Origin: Candidatus Neomarinimicrobium atlanticum
Lineage (GTDB): Bacteria; Fidelibacterota; Marinisomatia; Marinisomatales; Marinisomataceae
Assembly (NCBI GenBank): GCA_000402815.1
Contig: AQSA01000002.1
Location: 9,062-73,061, forward strand
DNA: 64,000 nucleotides
Direction of reading: 5' to 3'
Under the pieces are notes generated by a model. That model had not been told where the DNA came from and searched no databases. It saw nothing but the letters and a program-made list of their open reading frames with translations. The first letter of the stretch is position 1. Every line of letters begins with the position of its first letter. Below, piece by piece: positions 47,885 through 58,813 of the stretch. The position numbers and the translations under genes were made by a program.

Positions 47885-49094
47885 AAGCGATCATATCTTC
47901 TTCAACGCCTAAATCCCATAGCATTTTTTGAACGGCGCTTATCATCATTGGTGGGCCACATAAATAATACTCACACTCAGATGGGTCTTCATGATTTTCT
48001 AGATGCATATCATTGGCAACTTGATGGATAAAACCGGTTGGTCCTTTCCAGTTATCTTCTGGAAGTGGATCTGATAAAGCTACATGATATGTAAAATTAT
48101 CAAATTCTTTTTCTAATGCTAAAAATTCTTCATGATAAAACATTTCTTTTTCAGATCTAGCACCATACCAGAATGAAATTTTTCTTTCTGACTTCTCTGT
48201 TTTTAATAAATGAAATATGTGCGATCTCAGAGGAGCCATTCCAGCGCCACCTCCAATGTAGACCATTTCTCTATCTGTATCTTTAATAAAGAATTCTCCA
48301 TACGGTCCTGAAACAGTTACCTTGTCTCCTTCTTTCAAATTAAAAGTATATGAAGATGCAATACCTGGAGGAACATCAGGATTATTTGGTGGAGGACTAG
48401 CAATACGAATATTTAACATGATCATATTACCTTCTGCAGGATGATTTGCCATTGAATAAGCTCTAAAAACTGGTTCAGTGTTCTCGGCAGTATATTGCCA
48501 AATATCAAATTTATCCCAATCGCTAGTATACAAATCTTGAATTTCAAAATTTTTATAGTTTAAATCTTTATATTTTGGAACATCAATTTGAATGTAGCCA
48601 CCTGATTCAAAAATGATAGGGTCGTCTTCTGGTAGCTCAAGAATTAATTCTTTAATAAAAGTTGCAACATTTTCATTTGACTTTACTACAGCATCCCATT
48701 TTCTTATACTAAAAATCTCATCTGGAACTTGGATTTTCATATCATTTCTAATTTTAACCTGACATCCTAAGCGCCAATTATTTTTTTGATCTTGTCTATT
48801 AATATATGCGGTCTCTGTAGGTAAAATATCTCCACCACCTTCAATAACCTGACATTTACATTGTGCGCAAGTACCTTGACCACCACAAGCTGATGGAAGA
48901 TATACATTTTGATCTCCTAGAGCTGCGAGTACCGTACCACCAGTATCAACCTTTATAGATTTGTCTGGATCATCATTAATTATTATGGTGACTTCACCTT
49001 GAGGCAATAAGACATTACCAACAACATTTAGTACAATTACCAGCAAAAGGATTACTGAACTAAATACTGCAACTCCTATGAGAATATCATTCAT
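47868..49094 (-). CDS. nqrF: Na+-translocating NADH:quinone oxidoreductase subunit F
   Basis: N-terminal TM, 2Fe-2S motif CGGQGTCAQCKC, FAD/NADH domain RAYSMAN and GGGAGMAP. Confidence 0.92.
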   Translation of the reverse strand: MNDILIGVAVFSSVILLLVIVLNVVGNVLLPQGEVTIIINDDPDKSIKVDTGGTVLAALGDQNVYLPSACGGQGTCAQCKCQVIEGGGDILPTETAYINRQDQKNNWRLGCQVKIRNDMKIQVPDEIFSIRKWDAVVKSNENVATFIKELILELPEDDPIIFESGGYIQIDVPKYKDLNYKNFEIQDLYTSDWDKFDIWQYTAENTEPVFRAYSMANHPAEGNMIMLNIRIASPPPNNPDVPPGIASSYTFNLKEGDKVTVSGPYGEFFIKDTDREMVYIGGGAGMAPLRSHIFHLLKTEKSERKISFWYGARSEKEMFYHEEFLALEKEFDNFTYHVALSDPLPEDNWKGPTGFIHQVANDMHLENHEDPSECEYYLCGPPMMISAVQKMLWDLGVEEDMIAYDDFG

Positions 49095-49717
49095 TATAAA
49101 TCAATCCCCGAAAATGCCATAAAAGCCATAGAAAGTAAACCTGTTAGAAGCATAGCCATACCTACTCCTCGTAATCTTGGTGGTATATTAGAATAACGTA
49201 ATCTGTATCTAATAGAAGCTAATGCTACAATTGCTAAGAAAAATCCTACTCCAGAACCAAAACCATAAACCACTGTCTCAGATATTGTGTATTCTCTTTC
49301 AACCATAAATAATGAACCACCAAGAATAGAACAATTAACAGCAATTAGAGGAAGGAAAATCCCAAGACTATTATATAGTGACTGAGAAAATCTTTCCATA
49401 AACATTTCAACAAGTTGTACCATTGCAGCGATCACAGAAATAAAAACAATCAATTTTAAAAATCCTAAATCTGTATCCTTAAAGTCTTCACTAATCCAGA
49501 CTAAAGCACCTTTATCAAGAAGGAATTCCCATAAAAACCAATTGATTGGAGCTGTAATGGTCAAAACAACTACCACCGCCATACCAATCCCAACTGAAGC
49601 ATTAATATTTTTAGAAATAGCTAAAAAAGAGCAAAGACCTAGGAAGTATGCCAATACTATATTTTCAATAAAAACAGCTTTGGTAAAAATACTTAAATAA
49701 TGTTCTAAACCACTCAT
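49094..49717 (-). CDS. nqrE: Na+-NQR subunit E
   Basis: 207-aa six-TM protein of the NqrDE/RnfAE family, in canonical order. Confidence 0.88.
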   Translation of the reverse strand: MSGLEHYLSIFTKAVFIENIVLAYFLGLCSFLAISKNINASVGIGMAVVVVLTITAPINWFLWEFLLDKGALVWISEDFKDTDLGFLKLIVFISVIAAMVQLVEMFMERFSQSLYNSLGIFLPLIAVNCSILGGSLFMVEREYTISETVVYGFGSGVGFFLAIVALASIRYRLRYSNIPPRLRGVGMAMLLTGLLSMAFMAFSGIDL

Positions 49718-50371
49718 TTAAGCATCCTCCTCAACGCCAGCCATCTCTCTTTGAAACCAAATTACTAACCCTAAAATAATAAATGCCCCCGGAGATAAAA
49801 CTAATAAGCCAATATTTTCATAACCAGCAGCATACCATGAATCAGGAATGCTCCAAAGAACATAACCTGCTCCTCCATCAGGGAGAGTAATAGTTCCAGC
49901 ACCAAATAATTCTCTAAAAAATGAGACAATAATTATTATTAGACCATACCCCATACTGTTTCCAACTCCATCTAAAAATGCTTTTGATGGACCATTTTTA
50001 AGTGCGAAAGCTTCAGCTCTACCCATAATAATACAATTGGTAATTATTAAACCAACAAAAACTGAAAGCTGTTTACTCATATCATATAAATAGGCTTTCA
50101 ACAATTCATCTACGACAGATACTAATGATGCAATCACAGATAACATTATAACAATTCGAACTCTAGCAGGTATATAATTTCTGATTAAAGACAATATTAC
50201 ATTTGATGATGTAAGAACAAATAAAACTGCGAGAGTCATGATGATAGCTTGGTCTAATCTTATAGTAACTGCTAAAGCAGAACAAATACCTAATACCTGG
50301 AGAGATATTGGATTATTGACATTTATTGGGTCATTTATAATCTTTTTTGATTCTGTACTAAATAGTTCCAT
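49718..50371 (-). CDS. nqrD: Na+-NQR subunit D
   Basis: 217 aa, NqrDE/RnfAE family ([10 protein letters not shown]). Canonical order. Confidence 0.88.
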   Translation of the reverse strand: MELFSTESKKIINDPINVNNPISLQVLGICSALAVTIRLDQAIIMTLAVLFVLTSSNVILSLIRNYIPARVRIVIMLSVIASLVSVVDELLKAYLYDMSKQLSVFVGLIITNCIIMGRAEAFALKNGPSKAFLDGVGNSMGYGLIIIIVSFFRELFGAGTITLPDGGAGYVLWSIPDSWYAAGYENIGLLVLSPGAFIILGLVIWFQREMAGVEEDA

Positions 50372-51113
50372 AGTCTCTAATTTTATTTAATGTTTTTTCA
50401 TATCTCAATAAATCTTCTAATAAAAAATCAGTTACTCCATCAGCAGTAACTGTTGCTCCAGAAATCCCATCTACTTGGTGAATAGAAGCATTATTGGAAT
50501 CAGAATAATCAACTCCACCTTTAATTACTGTAATACTAACAATCTTACCATTTTTATCACGAATTTTTTTTGGTATATATTTCAATTCTCCATTAGACTG
50601 CTTTTGCGGATGATTGACAAAATTATCTGTAAACCACTTTTTTTCAACTTCTCCACCCAAGCCAGGAGTTTCGCCATGCTTGTAGAATTGAATTCCAAGT
50701 ACAGATTCAGTATCTGGATTTAATGCAATATATCCAAAAATAGTTGACCATAAACCTTTTCCAGCAATAGGCAGTGCTATTCCTTCAATCTTTTCATTAG
50801 AAACTCTCATATAAACTGGTAGAACGTCTTTATTTTTTTCAATATCAACTTCTTCAATATTGCATTCAACAATTTGACCTTGGACATCAACACATTTAGC
50901 GTCAATATAGTTTTTAAATGTTTGTTCAATACTTTCATTTGTTAAAAGCAAATTTTCATCAAAATTTAATGATCTAAGTATAGTTTTTTGCACATCTGCT
51001 TTAAGATTTTGATCTTGTAAATCTTTCACATTTTCCTTAGTAAAAGACAACATAGTACCTAAAATAATAGTTACGATAAAAACGAATCCAAGAGTATAAT
51101 TATTGCTATACAT
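50358..51113 (-). CDS. nqrC: Na+-NQR subunit C
   Basis: N-terminal anchor. FMN attachment motif [12 protein letters not shown]. Confidence 0.88.
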   Translation of the reverse strand: MYSNNYTLGFVFIVTIILGTMLSFTKENVKDLQDQNLKADVQKTILRSLNFDENLLLTNESIEQTFKNYIDAKCVDVQGQIVECNIEEVDIEKNKDVLPVYMRVSNEKIEGIALPIAGKGLWSTIFGYIALNPDTESVLGIQFYKHGETPGLGGEVEKKWFTDNFVNHPQKQSNGELKYIPKKIRDKNGKIVSITVIKGGVDYSDSNNASIHQVDGISGATVTADGVTDFLLEDLLRYEKTLNKIRDYGTI

Positions 51114-52311
51114 TTCTATTTAATCTCATTTTAATATTTGACTGAACAACATAATAATCTATTAGCGGAGCAAACATATTCATAATTAAAATTGCTAAAA
51201 AAACACCTTCTGGATAAGCGGGATTAATAGAGCGAATAATAACAGTTAAAACTCCAATTAAGAATCCATAAATCCATCTACCAGTATTTGTATGTGATGA
51301 TGTAACTGGTTCGGTAGCCATAAATACTGTTCCAAATAAAAAACTGCCAATTAAAATATGCTGTAGAGGTGTAATAGTTAACATAGCATTTGGAGTTCCA
51401 CCGGATTGTAAAATACCATCTACAGTTAGATAGCTTAACAAATTAAACAGTACAGAAGTAAAAACTAGTCCAAAAACACATGAAACCATAATTCTCCATG
51501 AAGCAATTCCACAATAAATAAGGAAAATTGCACCTAATAAAATTAATAATTTATTTGTCTCTCCAATTGATCCAGGAATTAATCCCCAAAACATATTCGT
51601 TAAGGAATAATCAAATTGAGTTGAAGCAGCAAATAAATTTGAAGCGGTATCATACTCAACAGGGTTAGCTGGAATAGCTAATGCTGTTGCACCACTATAG
51701 CCATCAGGACCTACCGCCCAAACCTTATCTCCTGAAATCTTGGTTGGAAAAGCAAAATACATAAATGCCCTAGCAGTTAAAGCTGGATTAAAAACATTTG
51801 TACCAACACCGCCAAAAATTTCTTTTCCTATAATAATACCAAAGCTTGTTCCCATAAAAACTTGCCATAATGGTACATCTGGTGGCATAGTTAGTGGAAT
51901 GAGTGCACAAGATACAAGAAAGCCTTCATTTATTTCATGCTTTCTAATTATTGCAAAAGAGATTTCACAAATTGCTCCTGCTATAAAAGTAATAATTAAA
52001 ATTGGTAAGACATATGTCATCCCAATAATAAAATCATTCATAACAGAACTAGAAATGCCCATAGCTTCAGAATATAAATATCCAATATTGTAGGCACCAA
52101 ATAAATAACATGGTATTAAAGCAATAACAACAAAAAACATTGTTCTTTTGATGTCCATATTATCTCTAATATGAGGACCAGACTTATTTTGAGAGTCTGT
52201 TGAAAATAATATAGTATCGGTTGCTTCCCATAAAGGGTATGCAAAAGATAATGGTTTACCTTCATCAAAAAGCTTACCAGATTCTGCTAATATTTTTTTT
52301 AAAAAATTCAT
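51106..52311 (-). CDS. nqrB: Na+-NQR subunit B
   Basis: Polytopic 401 aa. FMN attachment motif YSGATALA. Confidence 0.9.
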   Translation of the reverse strand: MNFLKKILAESGKLFDEGKPLSFAYPLWEATDTILFSTDSQNKSGPHIRDNMDIKRTMFFVVIALIPCYLFGAYNIGYLYSEAMGISSSVMNDFIIGMTYVLPILIITFIAGAICEISFAIIRKHEINEGFLVSCALIPLTMPPDVPLWQVFMGTSFGIIIGKEIFGGVGTNVFNPALTARAFMYFAFPTKISGDKVWAVGPDGYSGATALAIPANPVEYDTASNLFAASTQFDYSLTNMFWGLIPGSIGETNKLLILLGAIFLIYCGIASWRIMVSCVFGLVFTSVLFNLLSYLTVDGILQSGGTPNAMLTITPLQHILIGSFLFGTVFMATEPVTSSHTNTGRWIYGFLIGVLTVIIRSINPAYPEGVFLAILIMNMFAPLIDYYVVQSNIKMRLNRNV

Positions 52312-52312
52312 C

Positions 52313-53650
52313 TTATTTATCGAAATAGACTGTGTCTAATCCTTTTCTAATTATTGCACCTACATCTGTTTTGCTAGGACATACAAATGAGCATAATGCT
52401 ACATCTTCTTCGTCGCATTCATAAATACCTAATTGCTCCATTTCTTCAAAGTCATTTGCTTCAATACTGCGAGCTAAAGCATTAATATAAATATCCATTG
52501 GAAATACCTTTTCCCAAGCCTCTATAGGAACAAAAGCTCTATGACTACCATTTTGAAGAGTAGTAAAGCTATAAGGAGATTTATTACCTCCCAAGTAAGC
52601 ATTAAATACACTATACTTTGAAGATCCTCCAGGATGCAGCCAACCTATAAACGATCTATCAAAAGATTCTTCGATCACAGAAATTGAAGAGTGATAAAAT
52701 CCTAAATATCCATTCATCATAGATTCTTTTCCTGTTAATACATCTCCAGAAATAATTCTAGCCTTATCTGTACTTAAATTTCCTTTACAGTGAGATTCCA
52801 AAGACGCACCAATTCTTGATTTGAAATAAGAAGGATTTTTTACAATCGGACCACTTAAATTAATAATCATTGTTGGATCAAATATTCCATCAGAAAATAA
52901 CTTGCCTAGTATAGGAAGATGGTGTCCTTGAACAGTCCAAACAATATCTTTGCTACTGATAGGACTGATATGATTAAGAATAACTCCTACATTACCGGCT
53001 GGATGAGGTCCTTCTACTTCAACAATATCAATAAAATCTAAATCAGATAAATAGTTGAATTCTCCAGGTCTTACAGCAACAAAAAGCTTTCCTTCTGTTA
53101 ATTTTTTTAAATTTATAAGAGCGCTAATAATAGAATCTTTATTTGATGCCAATGTAAAATTATAATCAACTGATAAAGGAGCTGTATTTGCTAAACTAAC
53201 TATAATAGATTTTGGATTATCTGAAGGATTTGCAACCTTATTAAATGGTCTTTGCGTAATGAAGGGCCACATATTTTTTTCTAATAAATAATTAACTACA
53301 TCATCTTTATTTGATAGTTTCTTATCCTTGCCGCTAGAATTATCATTTTCAATCTGAGGATCAACATTAAAAATGATTTCTTTTACAGCTCTTCTTTCAC
53401 CATAAATAATTTTTGAAATTGTACCTGATGCGATTGCAGGCCACTTAATTTCAGGATTGAGCTTATCAAAAAATATAGGGTCTCCTAATTTTACAGAATC
53501 ATTTTCTTTAACTAATAACTTAGGTTTGATGTATCTAAAATTTTCAGGAGAAAGAGATACTGTAGTATTTTTTTGAGGTGCTAAAATTTCACCGGAGGCA
53601 GCTCCAGCAATATTAATGTTATGGCCTTTTTTAACTTTTATTTTCAACAT
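52313..53650 (-). CDS. nqrA: Na+-NQR subunit A
   Basis: 445-aa soluble subunit beginning MLKIKVKKGHNINIAGAA. First gene of nqrABCDEF. Confidence 0.9.
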   Translation of the reverse strand: MLKIKVKKGHNINIAGAASGEILAPQKNTTVSLSPENFRYIKPKLLVKENDSVKLGDPIFFDKLNPEIKWPAIASGTISKIIYGERRAVKEIIFNVDPQIENDNSSGKDKKLSNKDDVVNYLLEKNMWPFITQRPFNKVANPSDNPKSIIVSLANTAPLSVDYNFTLASNKDSIISALINLKKLTEGKLFVAVRPGEFNYLSDLDFIDIVEVEGPHPAGNVGVILNHISPISSKDIVWTVQGHHLPILGKLFSDGIFDPTMIINLSGPIVKNPSYFKSRIGASLESHCKGNLSTDKARIISGDVLTGKESMMNGYLGFYHSSISVIEESFDRSFIGWLHPGGSSKYSVFNAYLGGNKSPYSFTTLQNGSHRAFVPIEAWEKVFPMDIYINALARSIEANDFEEMEQLGIYECDEEDVALCSFVCPSKTDVGAIIRKGLDTVYFDK

Positions 53651-53747
53651 AAATTTAGGTGCTTAGTTTCACCCTTATTTTAGACATGAGAAAGTAATAA
53701 AAAAGTTGATGGAGTTCTAGATAATATTGAAAGAAATAGAAAAAAAA

Positions 53748-54956
53748 TTATTTTTTAGCTTTCCATTCAAAATAATTTCCATCATAAGACACTTTTTCTT
53801 GCCATTCTTTTACTTTGCTATCTATCGTATTGATTGTATCGGAACTTACATCTTGCAATAAATCAATTGTTAAATCTCCAACTGTTTTTGCGCTAACTCT
53901 AGAAGCCTTTATATTACCTTTTCCAGTTACAGCATTTCCCATTCCATGAACTTTATCTAGTTCATCAAATTTTCCGGATTCTTGATCCACAATATTGTAT
54001 GTAGAGCCATCCATAGGTACTCCCTCAATTGGTTCTGGCAAACTACCAATCGAACTAATTATGATACTTCCTTTTAAAATATCTTCAGAACCTTGTATAG
54101 CAACTGGCTTTCCATCTACAATTTCATTCTTTATAATTGTGAGACCCTCTAAATTATCATCAATAATATGTAATCCTGTTGGCTGCGTACACTCTGCAAC
54201 TTTAAATAGAAACTTATCTTGCATATTCTTAAGGACTTTTCTACGCGCTAACTTACGCTTTGCAACCATATCAGAATCCGAATTATCAGGAATAGTTGTT
54301 AAGGGCATATTCTCAACATCTCTTCTATAAACAAGAGTGGCTCCATTAATGCCTAATGAATCATAGTCAATATCATGCATTTCTAAGTACTTTGAAATAC
54401 CTTTATGCTCCATTGTTACAATATCGAAGCCTTCAATCTTAGATTCAACTTTCTGCCTTACTAGCTCTAATTGTATAATTTTACATACATCAATAGATGC
54501 TAGCCCACCACCAACCACCAATGCATCATCTTTCACATCTATTGAAATTCCCTTGTAGCTAGATTCATGATAATGGTTAAACCAGTAAACAAATGGATTT
54601 TGATAATAAAAATTTGAAAACTTTTCAATTTCGGTGAACGGAAACGATCTGTCTTTCCATGCACCATTTGCAAAGTAAATACAGCTCCAATCTATTTGAT
54701 ATATATCTTTAAAATTTAAATCTTCACCTAACCTGGTAAGGGGAACAAAGTCTACCAATTCATGAGACATGATATCATCTATCTTAAGATATTCTTTAGT
54801 GCGTTGTTTGTCATGCCATCTTGGAAGTCCATCTTCAATTTTTCCATATGGCATATGATTTTGATCAATAACTACACAACGAACTCCCTCTGCTGTCAAT
54901 TTTTGTGCAGCAGTTGAACCTGATACCGCACCTCCTATAATTAATACTGCCTTCAT
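53748..54956 (-). CDS. FAD/NAD(P)-binding oxidoreductase (two-dinucleotide-binding-domain flavoprotein)
   Basis: N-terminal AVLIIGGAVSGSTAA...VVIDQ and a second fold ALVVGGGLASIDV. Specific family not recognised. Confidence 0.5.
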   Translation of the reverse strand: MKAVLIIGGAVSGSTAAQKLTAEGVRCVVIDQNHMPYGKIEDGLPRWHDKQRTKEYLKIDDIMSHELVDFVPLTRLGEDLNFKDIYQIDWSCIYFANGAWKDRSFPFTEIEKFSNFYYQNPFVYWFNHYHESSYKGISIDVKDDALVVGGGLASIDVCKIIQLELVRQKVESKIEGFDIVTMEHKGISKYLEMHDIDYDSLGINGATLVYRRDVENMPLTTIPDNSDSDMVAKRKLARRKVLKNMQDKFLFKVAECTQPTGLHIIDDNLEGLTIIKNEIVDGKPVAIQGSEDILKGSIIISSIGSLPEPIEGVPMDGSTYNIVDQESGKFDELDKVHGMGNAVTGKGNIKASRVSAKTVGDLTIDLLQDVSSDTINTIDSKVKEWQEKVSYDGNYFEWKAKK

Positions 54957-55003
54957 TTTAATACTGCTTTCATTAATTTGTTTATTTCTTAAATTTATCC
55001 GGT

Positions 55004-55915
55004 ATGAAATTAATAAATTATTTGATAATTCAAATCATTCCTTTTTTGCCAAAGGTTTTTGTTCGTCTTGTGGCTTCTCCTTATATCGCAGGTATCACCG
55101 ATGATGAAATGTTAGTTAATGTGCAAAAGCTAAATAACAAAGGGTATGAGGTAGCCATTGATATTTTGGGAGAACATGTTACAACTCAAGAAGAAGCTAC
55201 AGAAATTACTGAGCGCTATGCGAATTTATATGACAGAATTTCATCTAAGCAACTAGATGCAAATCTATCTATTAAGTTAAGCCATATTGGTCAAGATTTA
55301 GGCTATGATGTTGTCAAAAGCAATCTAATGATTTTGGTAAATGCAGCTAAAAAACACAACAATTTTTTACGCCTAGATATGGAAAACTCTCCATATACAT
55401 CAGAAACAATTAATTTATATAAAAAGGCGTTTGAAAATTATTCTAATGTTGGGATAGTACTACAAGCTTATATGCATAGATCAAAAGATGATTTAGATAA
55501 ACTAGCTAATGAAAAGTTTAATGTTAGGATTTGTAAAGGAATATATATTGAAAGCGAAGATATAGCTTATAGAGATTACCAGAAAATAAGAGATAATTAT
55601 ATTATCTTAACTAAGGAAGCACTCATAAAAGGTGCATATGTAGGCATTGCTACTCATGATGAATATTTAATTGACAAACTTTATTTGTGGATCAAAGAAA
55701 ATCAAATTCCCACTACTCAATATGAATTCCAAATACTACATGGAGTACCAATGGAAAAAAAGCTTCAGCAATTAATTAAAGAAGGTAATAAGGTGCGTGT
55801 TTATGTTCCTTATGGAGATAATTGGTACGATTATTCTGTTAGACGACTAAAAGAGAATCCAAAAATGGCAGGATATATTATTAAAAATATTTTTATTAAA
55901 ATTCTAGGTAGATAG
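55004..55915 (+). CDS. Proline dehydrogenase (monofunctional PRODH)
   Basis: LSIKLSHIG, RLDMENS, VGIVLQAYMHRS, RICKGIY, GIATHD, and the C-terminal YSVRRLKENP typical of bacterial PRODH. Confidence 0.8.
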   Translation: MKLINYLIIQIIPFLPKVFVRLVASPYIAGITDDEMLVNVQKLNNKGYEVAIDILGEHVTTQEEATEITERYANLYDRISSKQLDANLSIKLSHIGQDLGYDVVKSNLMILVNAAKKHNNFLRLDMENSPYTSETINLYKKAFENYSNVGIVLQAYMHRSKDDLDKLANEKFNVRICKGIYIESEDIAYRDYQKIRDNYIILTKEALIKGAYVGIATHDEYLIDKLYLWIKENQIPTTQYEFQILHGVPMEKKLQQLIKEGNKVRVYVPYGDNWYDYSVRRLKENPKMAGYIIKNIFIKILGR

Positions 55916-55919
55916 ATAA

Positions 55920-56405
55920 TTATCTATCTTTTTCTCTATACCAAAAAAGTAAAATAATACCCGCTAAGTTTGGAAACCATACTTCAGGACTTGACCAAGA
56001 AATTCCGCTTAGTGAATAATCTGAAATAGGCCAAAATAATTTTACTGGGAAAAAATCTTTAGTATGAAATGGAAAGTCTAATAATATATGAAAAGGCCAG
56101 GCTAGCATTGGCCAAACAAAATTTTTATTCAGAAAGTAAACAATAGCAATACAAGTAAAAGCAGTAATGAAGCTATGTGAAAGATTATCCATAAAAAATA
56201 ACCAATCAGGGTATGGTGCTAGTTGAGATAAACTCTCCAAAGTTGGAGCTCCACCGTAACTTAGTGTTCCATTAAAGAATTTAACGACAAATAAAGCTCC
56301 AAAAGAAACTAGATCTGGCATTACTCCAAAAAAAACTGCTAACCATTTGTGGCCTCGATAGCCAAATAGCCCTCCACCCCAGAATGCGTGACTAAATGTA
56401 TCCAT
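55920..56405 (-). CDS. Small polytopic membrane protein, possibly YdjM/DUF457-like metal-dependent hydrolase
   Basis: 161 aa, His-rich loops (MDTFSHAFWGG, NLSHSF, PFHILLDFPFH), four hydrophobic segments. Weak recall-based assignment. Confidence 0.3.
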   Translation of the reverse strand: MDTFSHAFWGGGLFGYRGHKWLAVFFGVMPDLVSFGALFVVKFFNGTLSYGGAPTLESLSQLAPYPDWLFFMDNLSHSFITAFTCIAIVYFLNKNFVWPMLAWPFHILLDFPFHTKDFFPVKLFWPISDYSLSGISWSSPEVWFPNLAGIILLFWYREKDR

Positions 56406-56413
56406 TTCTTAAA

Positions 56414-57757
56414 TTATTTTGCTAAGGAACCCATAGGATCCCAAGGTTTTAACGGGATAGCTTCTTCGTTTTTATAAAGGTTATATAAATCATCAGATAG
56501 ATAGTCTTTATGTACAACAACTTCATAATTATATTCATCAAACCATTGGTCTGACATTATATGGTAGCCTTTGTCTCCAACTTTATTACCCCAACTATTC
56601 TCTACTCGCCACTTAATAGGTTTATCATTCGAATCTAGGTCTACTCCAGTAAAAAGCATTGCATGAGTCATTTGACTTTCTCCATATTGTAAGCGATCTG
56701 CTTTGTTCATAGAAAAGTTTGATTGATAAAAAGAATTAAAGTCAAATAAATCCATATCCATGACTCCTAATTTTCTATCAAAATGCTTACCGACATCGCA
56801 ACCAAACCATACAGGGTGATCGTCTTTGATAGAGCTTGCTGATGCAGCTTTCATTTCTTCGCTAGTAACGTTGAGATATCGTACAGGGTTTCCTTCTACT
56901 ACGTTTCCAAGCGCTTCAACAGTATAAACTTTCCTATACTCTTTGTCTTCCATAGGACAATTTATAAGACATACATATTCATCAAGGTTTAATCCAACGT
57001 GATTATCAAAAAAAGATTTTGGAGTTAGATTTTCAAAGCTAATGAAATTCTTCTTTTTGTCATATGCTTGCCAATTAAATGATGTTGGAGGTGTTCCAAT
57101 ATGCATTGTTAGCATCTTATATATCTGTTCAAGCATATCAGTTTTAATAGATTCTAAATCGTCTCCTGAAATACCTTTACTAATATTTAGTCGTAAGTCT
57201 TTAGCATTCTCACGAAGTTTTCGAGCTATCATTCGATTCATCGTAGATGACTGGCTTGAAGAAAATGATTCTGACATTTCTGATTGTGGAATAACACCAT
57301 ACTTATCAATTAAACTAACCCACATATCCCATTGTCCCCCATCTTCAATTGGATTTGAAAGAAGGTGCATCACAATTCTACTATTCCAATCTTCAGCTGC
57401 AGAATCTATAATACATTCTAAGAAATAATTTGCTTTCTCTAGCTTATCCCAAAACATAAAATAACTTTGTGAAAATTCAAAGTTCTTCAAATTATGTTTT
57501 CTACCAATATAAAATCTAAATAAATTTAATCCAGCAAATCCCCAACATCTTCCACTAGATTTTTGATTAGTAACTGTCATTTCACCTTTGACAACATTTG
57601 AAAAAGAATGGTTAATACTTCTGTAGCGATCCCAGTTCATTGTTAGGTCGCTTAAATCTGTGCGAATCATTGCATTTCTTACGACTTTGACATGATGATC
57701 TGATTCATGTTTTTTTTGAAATTTCTCTATTGTTTTTAATGAAATTGAATTAGCCAT
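56414..57757 (-). CDS. pepC: Aminopeptidase C / bleomycin hydrolase (peptidase C1B)
   Basis: Catalytic Cys context NQKSSGRCWGFAGLN, catalytic His in MTHAMLFTG, and VENSWG. Confidence 0.85.
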   Translation of the reverse strand: MANSISLKTIEKFQKKHESDHHVKVVRNAMIRTDLSDLTMNWDRYRSINHSFSNVVKGEMTVTNQKSSGRCWGFAGLNLFRFYIGRKHNLKNFEFSQSYFMFWDKLEKANYFLECIIDSAAEDWNSRIVMHLLSNPIEDGGQWDMWVSLIDKYGVIPQSEMSESFSSSQSSTMNRMIARKLRENAKDLRLNISKGISGDDLESIKTDMLEQIYKMLTMHIGTPPTSFNWQAYDKKKNFISFENLTPKSFFDNHVGLNLDEYVCLINCPMEDKEYRKVYTVEALGNVVEGNPVRYLNVTSEEMKAASASSIKDDHPVWFGCDVGKHFDRKLGVMDMDLFDFNSFYQSNFSMNKADRLQYGESQMTHAMLFTGVDLDSNDKPIKWRVENSWGNKVGDKGYHIMSDQWFDEYNYEVVVHKDYLSDDLYNLYKNEEAIPLKPWDPMGSLAK

Positions 57758-57831
57758 TTTTTATCCTTTTTAAATTTAGTTATCAATTTTTATTGCAAAA
57801 TAATTCTATAATGATATTTAAATCTGCTCTT

Positions 57832-58698
57832 TTATGACCCTCTTTTTCCCCAAACCATCTTTGTTTTAAGTGTCTGATAATAGTCATAGTCTTCAAAAGT
57901 AATAAATTTCACGTGGTGTTTTGCTTGTGAAATTTTTACCGTTGAATCGTTAGTAAAATTTTCAATATTTTGGCCATCAGAAATTAACTTTAGCTCCTTC
58001 TCTGAATCACCGTTAAATCTAAATTCTATATCAACATCAGCTGGTAAAACTAAAGGTCGTGATGTTAGAGAGTGCGGAGCAATTGGAGTCACTATAATAG
58101 AAAATACATCGGGCTGGACAATTGGGCCTCCAGAAGATAAAGAGTATGCAGTTGATCCAGTAGGAGTGCTAATAATAATACCATCTGATTTGTAATCACT
58201 TACATGTTTTCCATCAATATACAAAGATAGAGAAGTTACTCTATAAGCTATTTCATTTTGGACAACAAAATCGTTAATCGCAAAATGAGATTTATTACTA
58301 TTGGAAATTTTGGCATCTAGAACCAATCTTTCTTGAGTAGTAGATTCACCAACTTTAATCATATTTAACTTTTCAGTTAATTCTTTGGGTGTTATCTGTG
58401 CGAGGAATCCCAACCCTCCAATATGAACTCCTAAAACTGGCACAGTAGGGTTACTAAAAATTCTTACGCCTGCAATTAATGTACCATCACCACCTAAGCA
58501 TAATAAAAAATCCACATCTGGCGGGACATTAGAGTGGTAAAAATTAGAGTGATTTGAAGCAATTTTTAGGTGCTTTAGGCTATCGGGTAAAAATAAATTA
58601 ATATTATTATCTTTTGCCCATAGCATAACTTCATGGACCAATCCTGGAACTTCTTTTTTTCCAGGATTTGCCCAAATAGCAAAACTTTTCGGTTTCAT
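57832..58698 (-). CDS. nadK: NAD kinase
   Basis: LGGDGTLI, NDFV, STPTGSTAYSLSSGGPIV. Confidence 0.85.
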   Translation of the reverse strand: MKPKSFAIWANPGKKEVPGLVHEVMLWAKDNNINLFLPDSLKHLKIASNHSNFYHSNVPPDVDFLLCLGGDGTLIAGVRIFSNPTVPVLGVHIGGLGFLAQITPKELTEKLNMIKVGESTTQERLVLDAKISNSNKSHFAINDFVVQNEIAYRVTSLSLYIDGKHVSDYKSDGIIISTPTGSTAYSLSSGGPIVQPDVFSIIVTPIAPHSLTSRPLVLPADVDIEFRFNGDSEKELKLISDGQNIENFTNDSTVKISQAKHHVKFITFEDYDYYQTLKTKMVWGKRGS

Positions 58699-58707
58699 CT
58701 TAGTTAT

Positions 58708-58800
58708 CTATTTTTTCTTTTTATGTCTGTCTGCACGTAAACGTTTTTTACGTTTATGTGTATTCATTTTTCTTTTTTTTCTTTTTTTACCGCAAGGCAT
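58708..58800 (-). CDS. bS22-like small basic ribosomal protein (AURKAIP1/COX24-like), 30 aa, absent from ORF track
   Basis: Own translation: MPCGKKRKKRKMNTHKRKKRLRADRHKKKK. The pattern KKRRKRM-x3-HKRKKRLR matches my recollection of mycobacterial/Bacteroidetes bS22 (..KKRRKRMAKKKHRKLLKRTR..). Sandwiched between HU and nadK with gaps of 9-13 nt. Confidence 0.5.
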   Translation of the reverse strand: MPCGKKRKKRKMNTHKRKKRLRADRHKKKK

Positions 58801-58813
58801 CAAGTGCTCCTAT

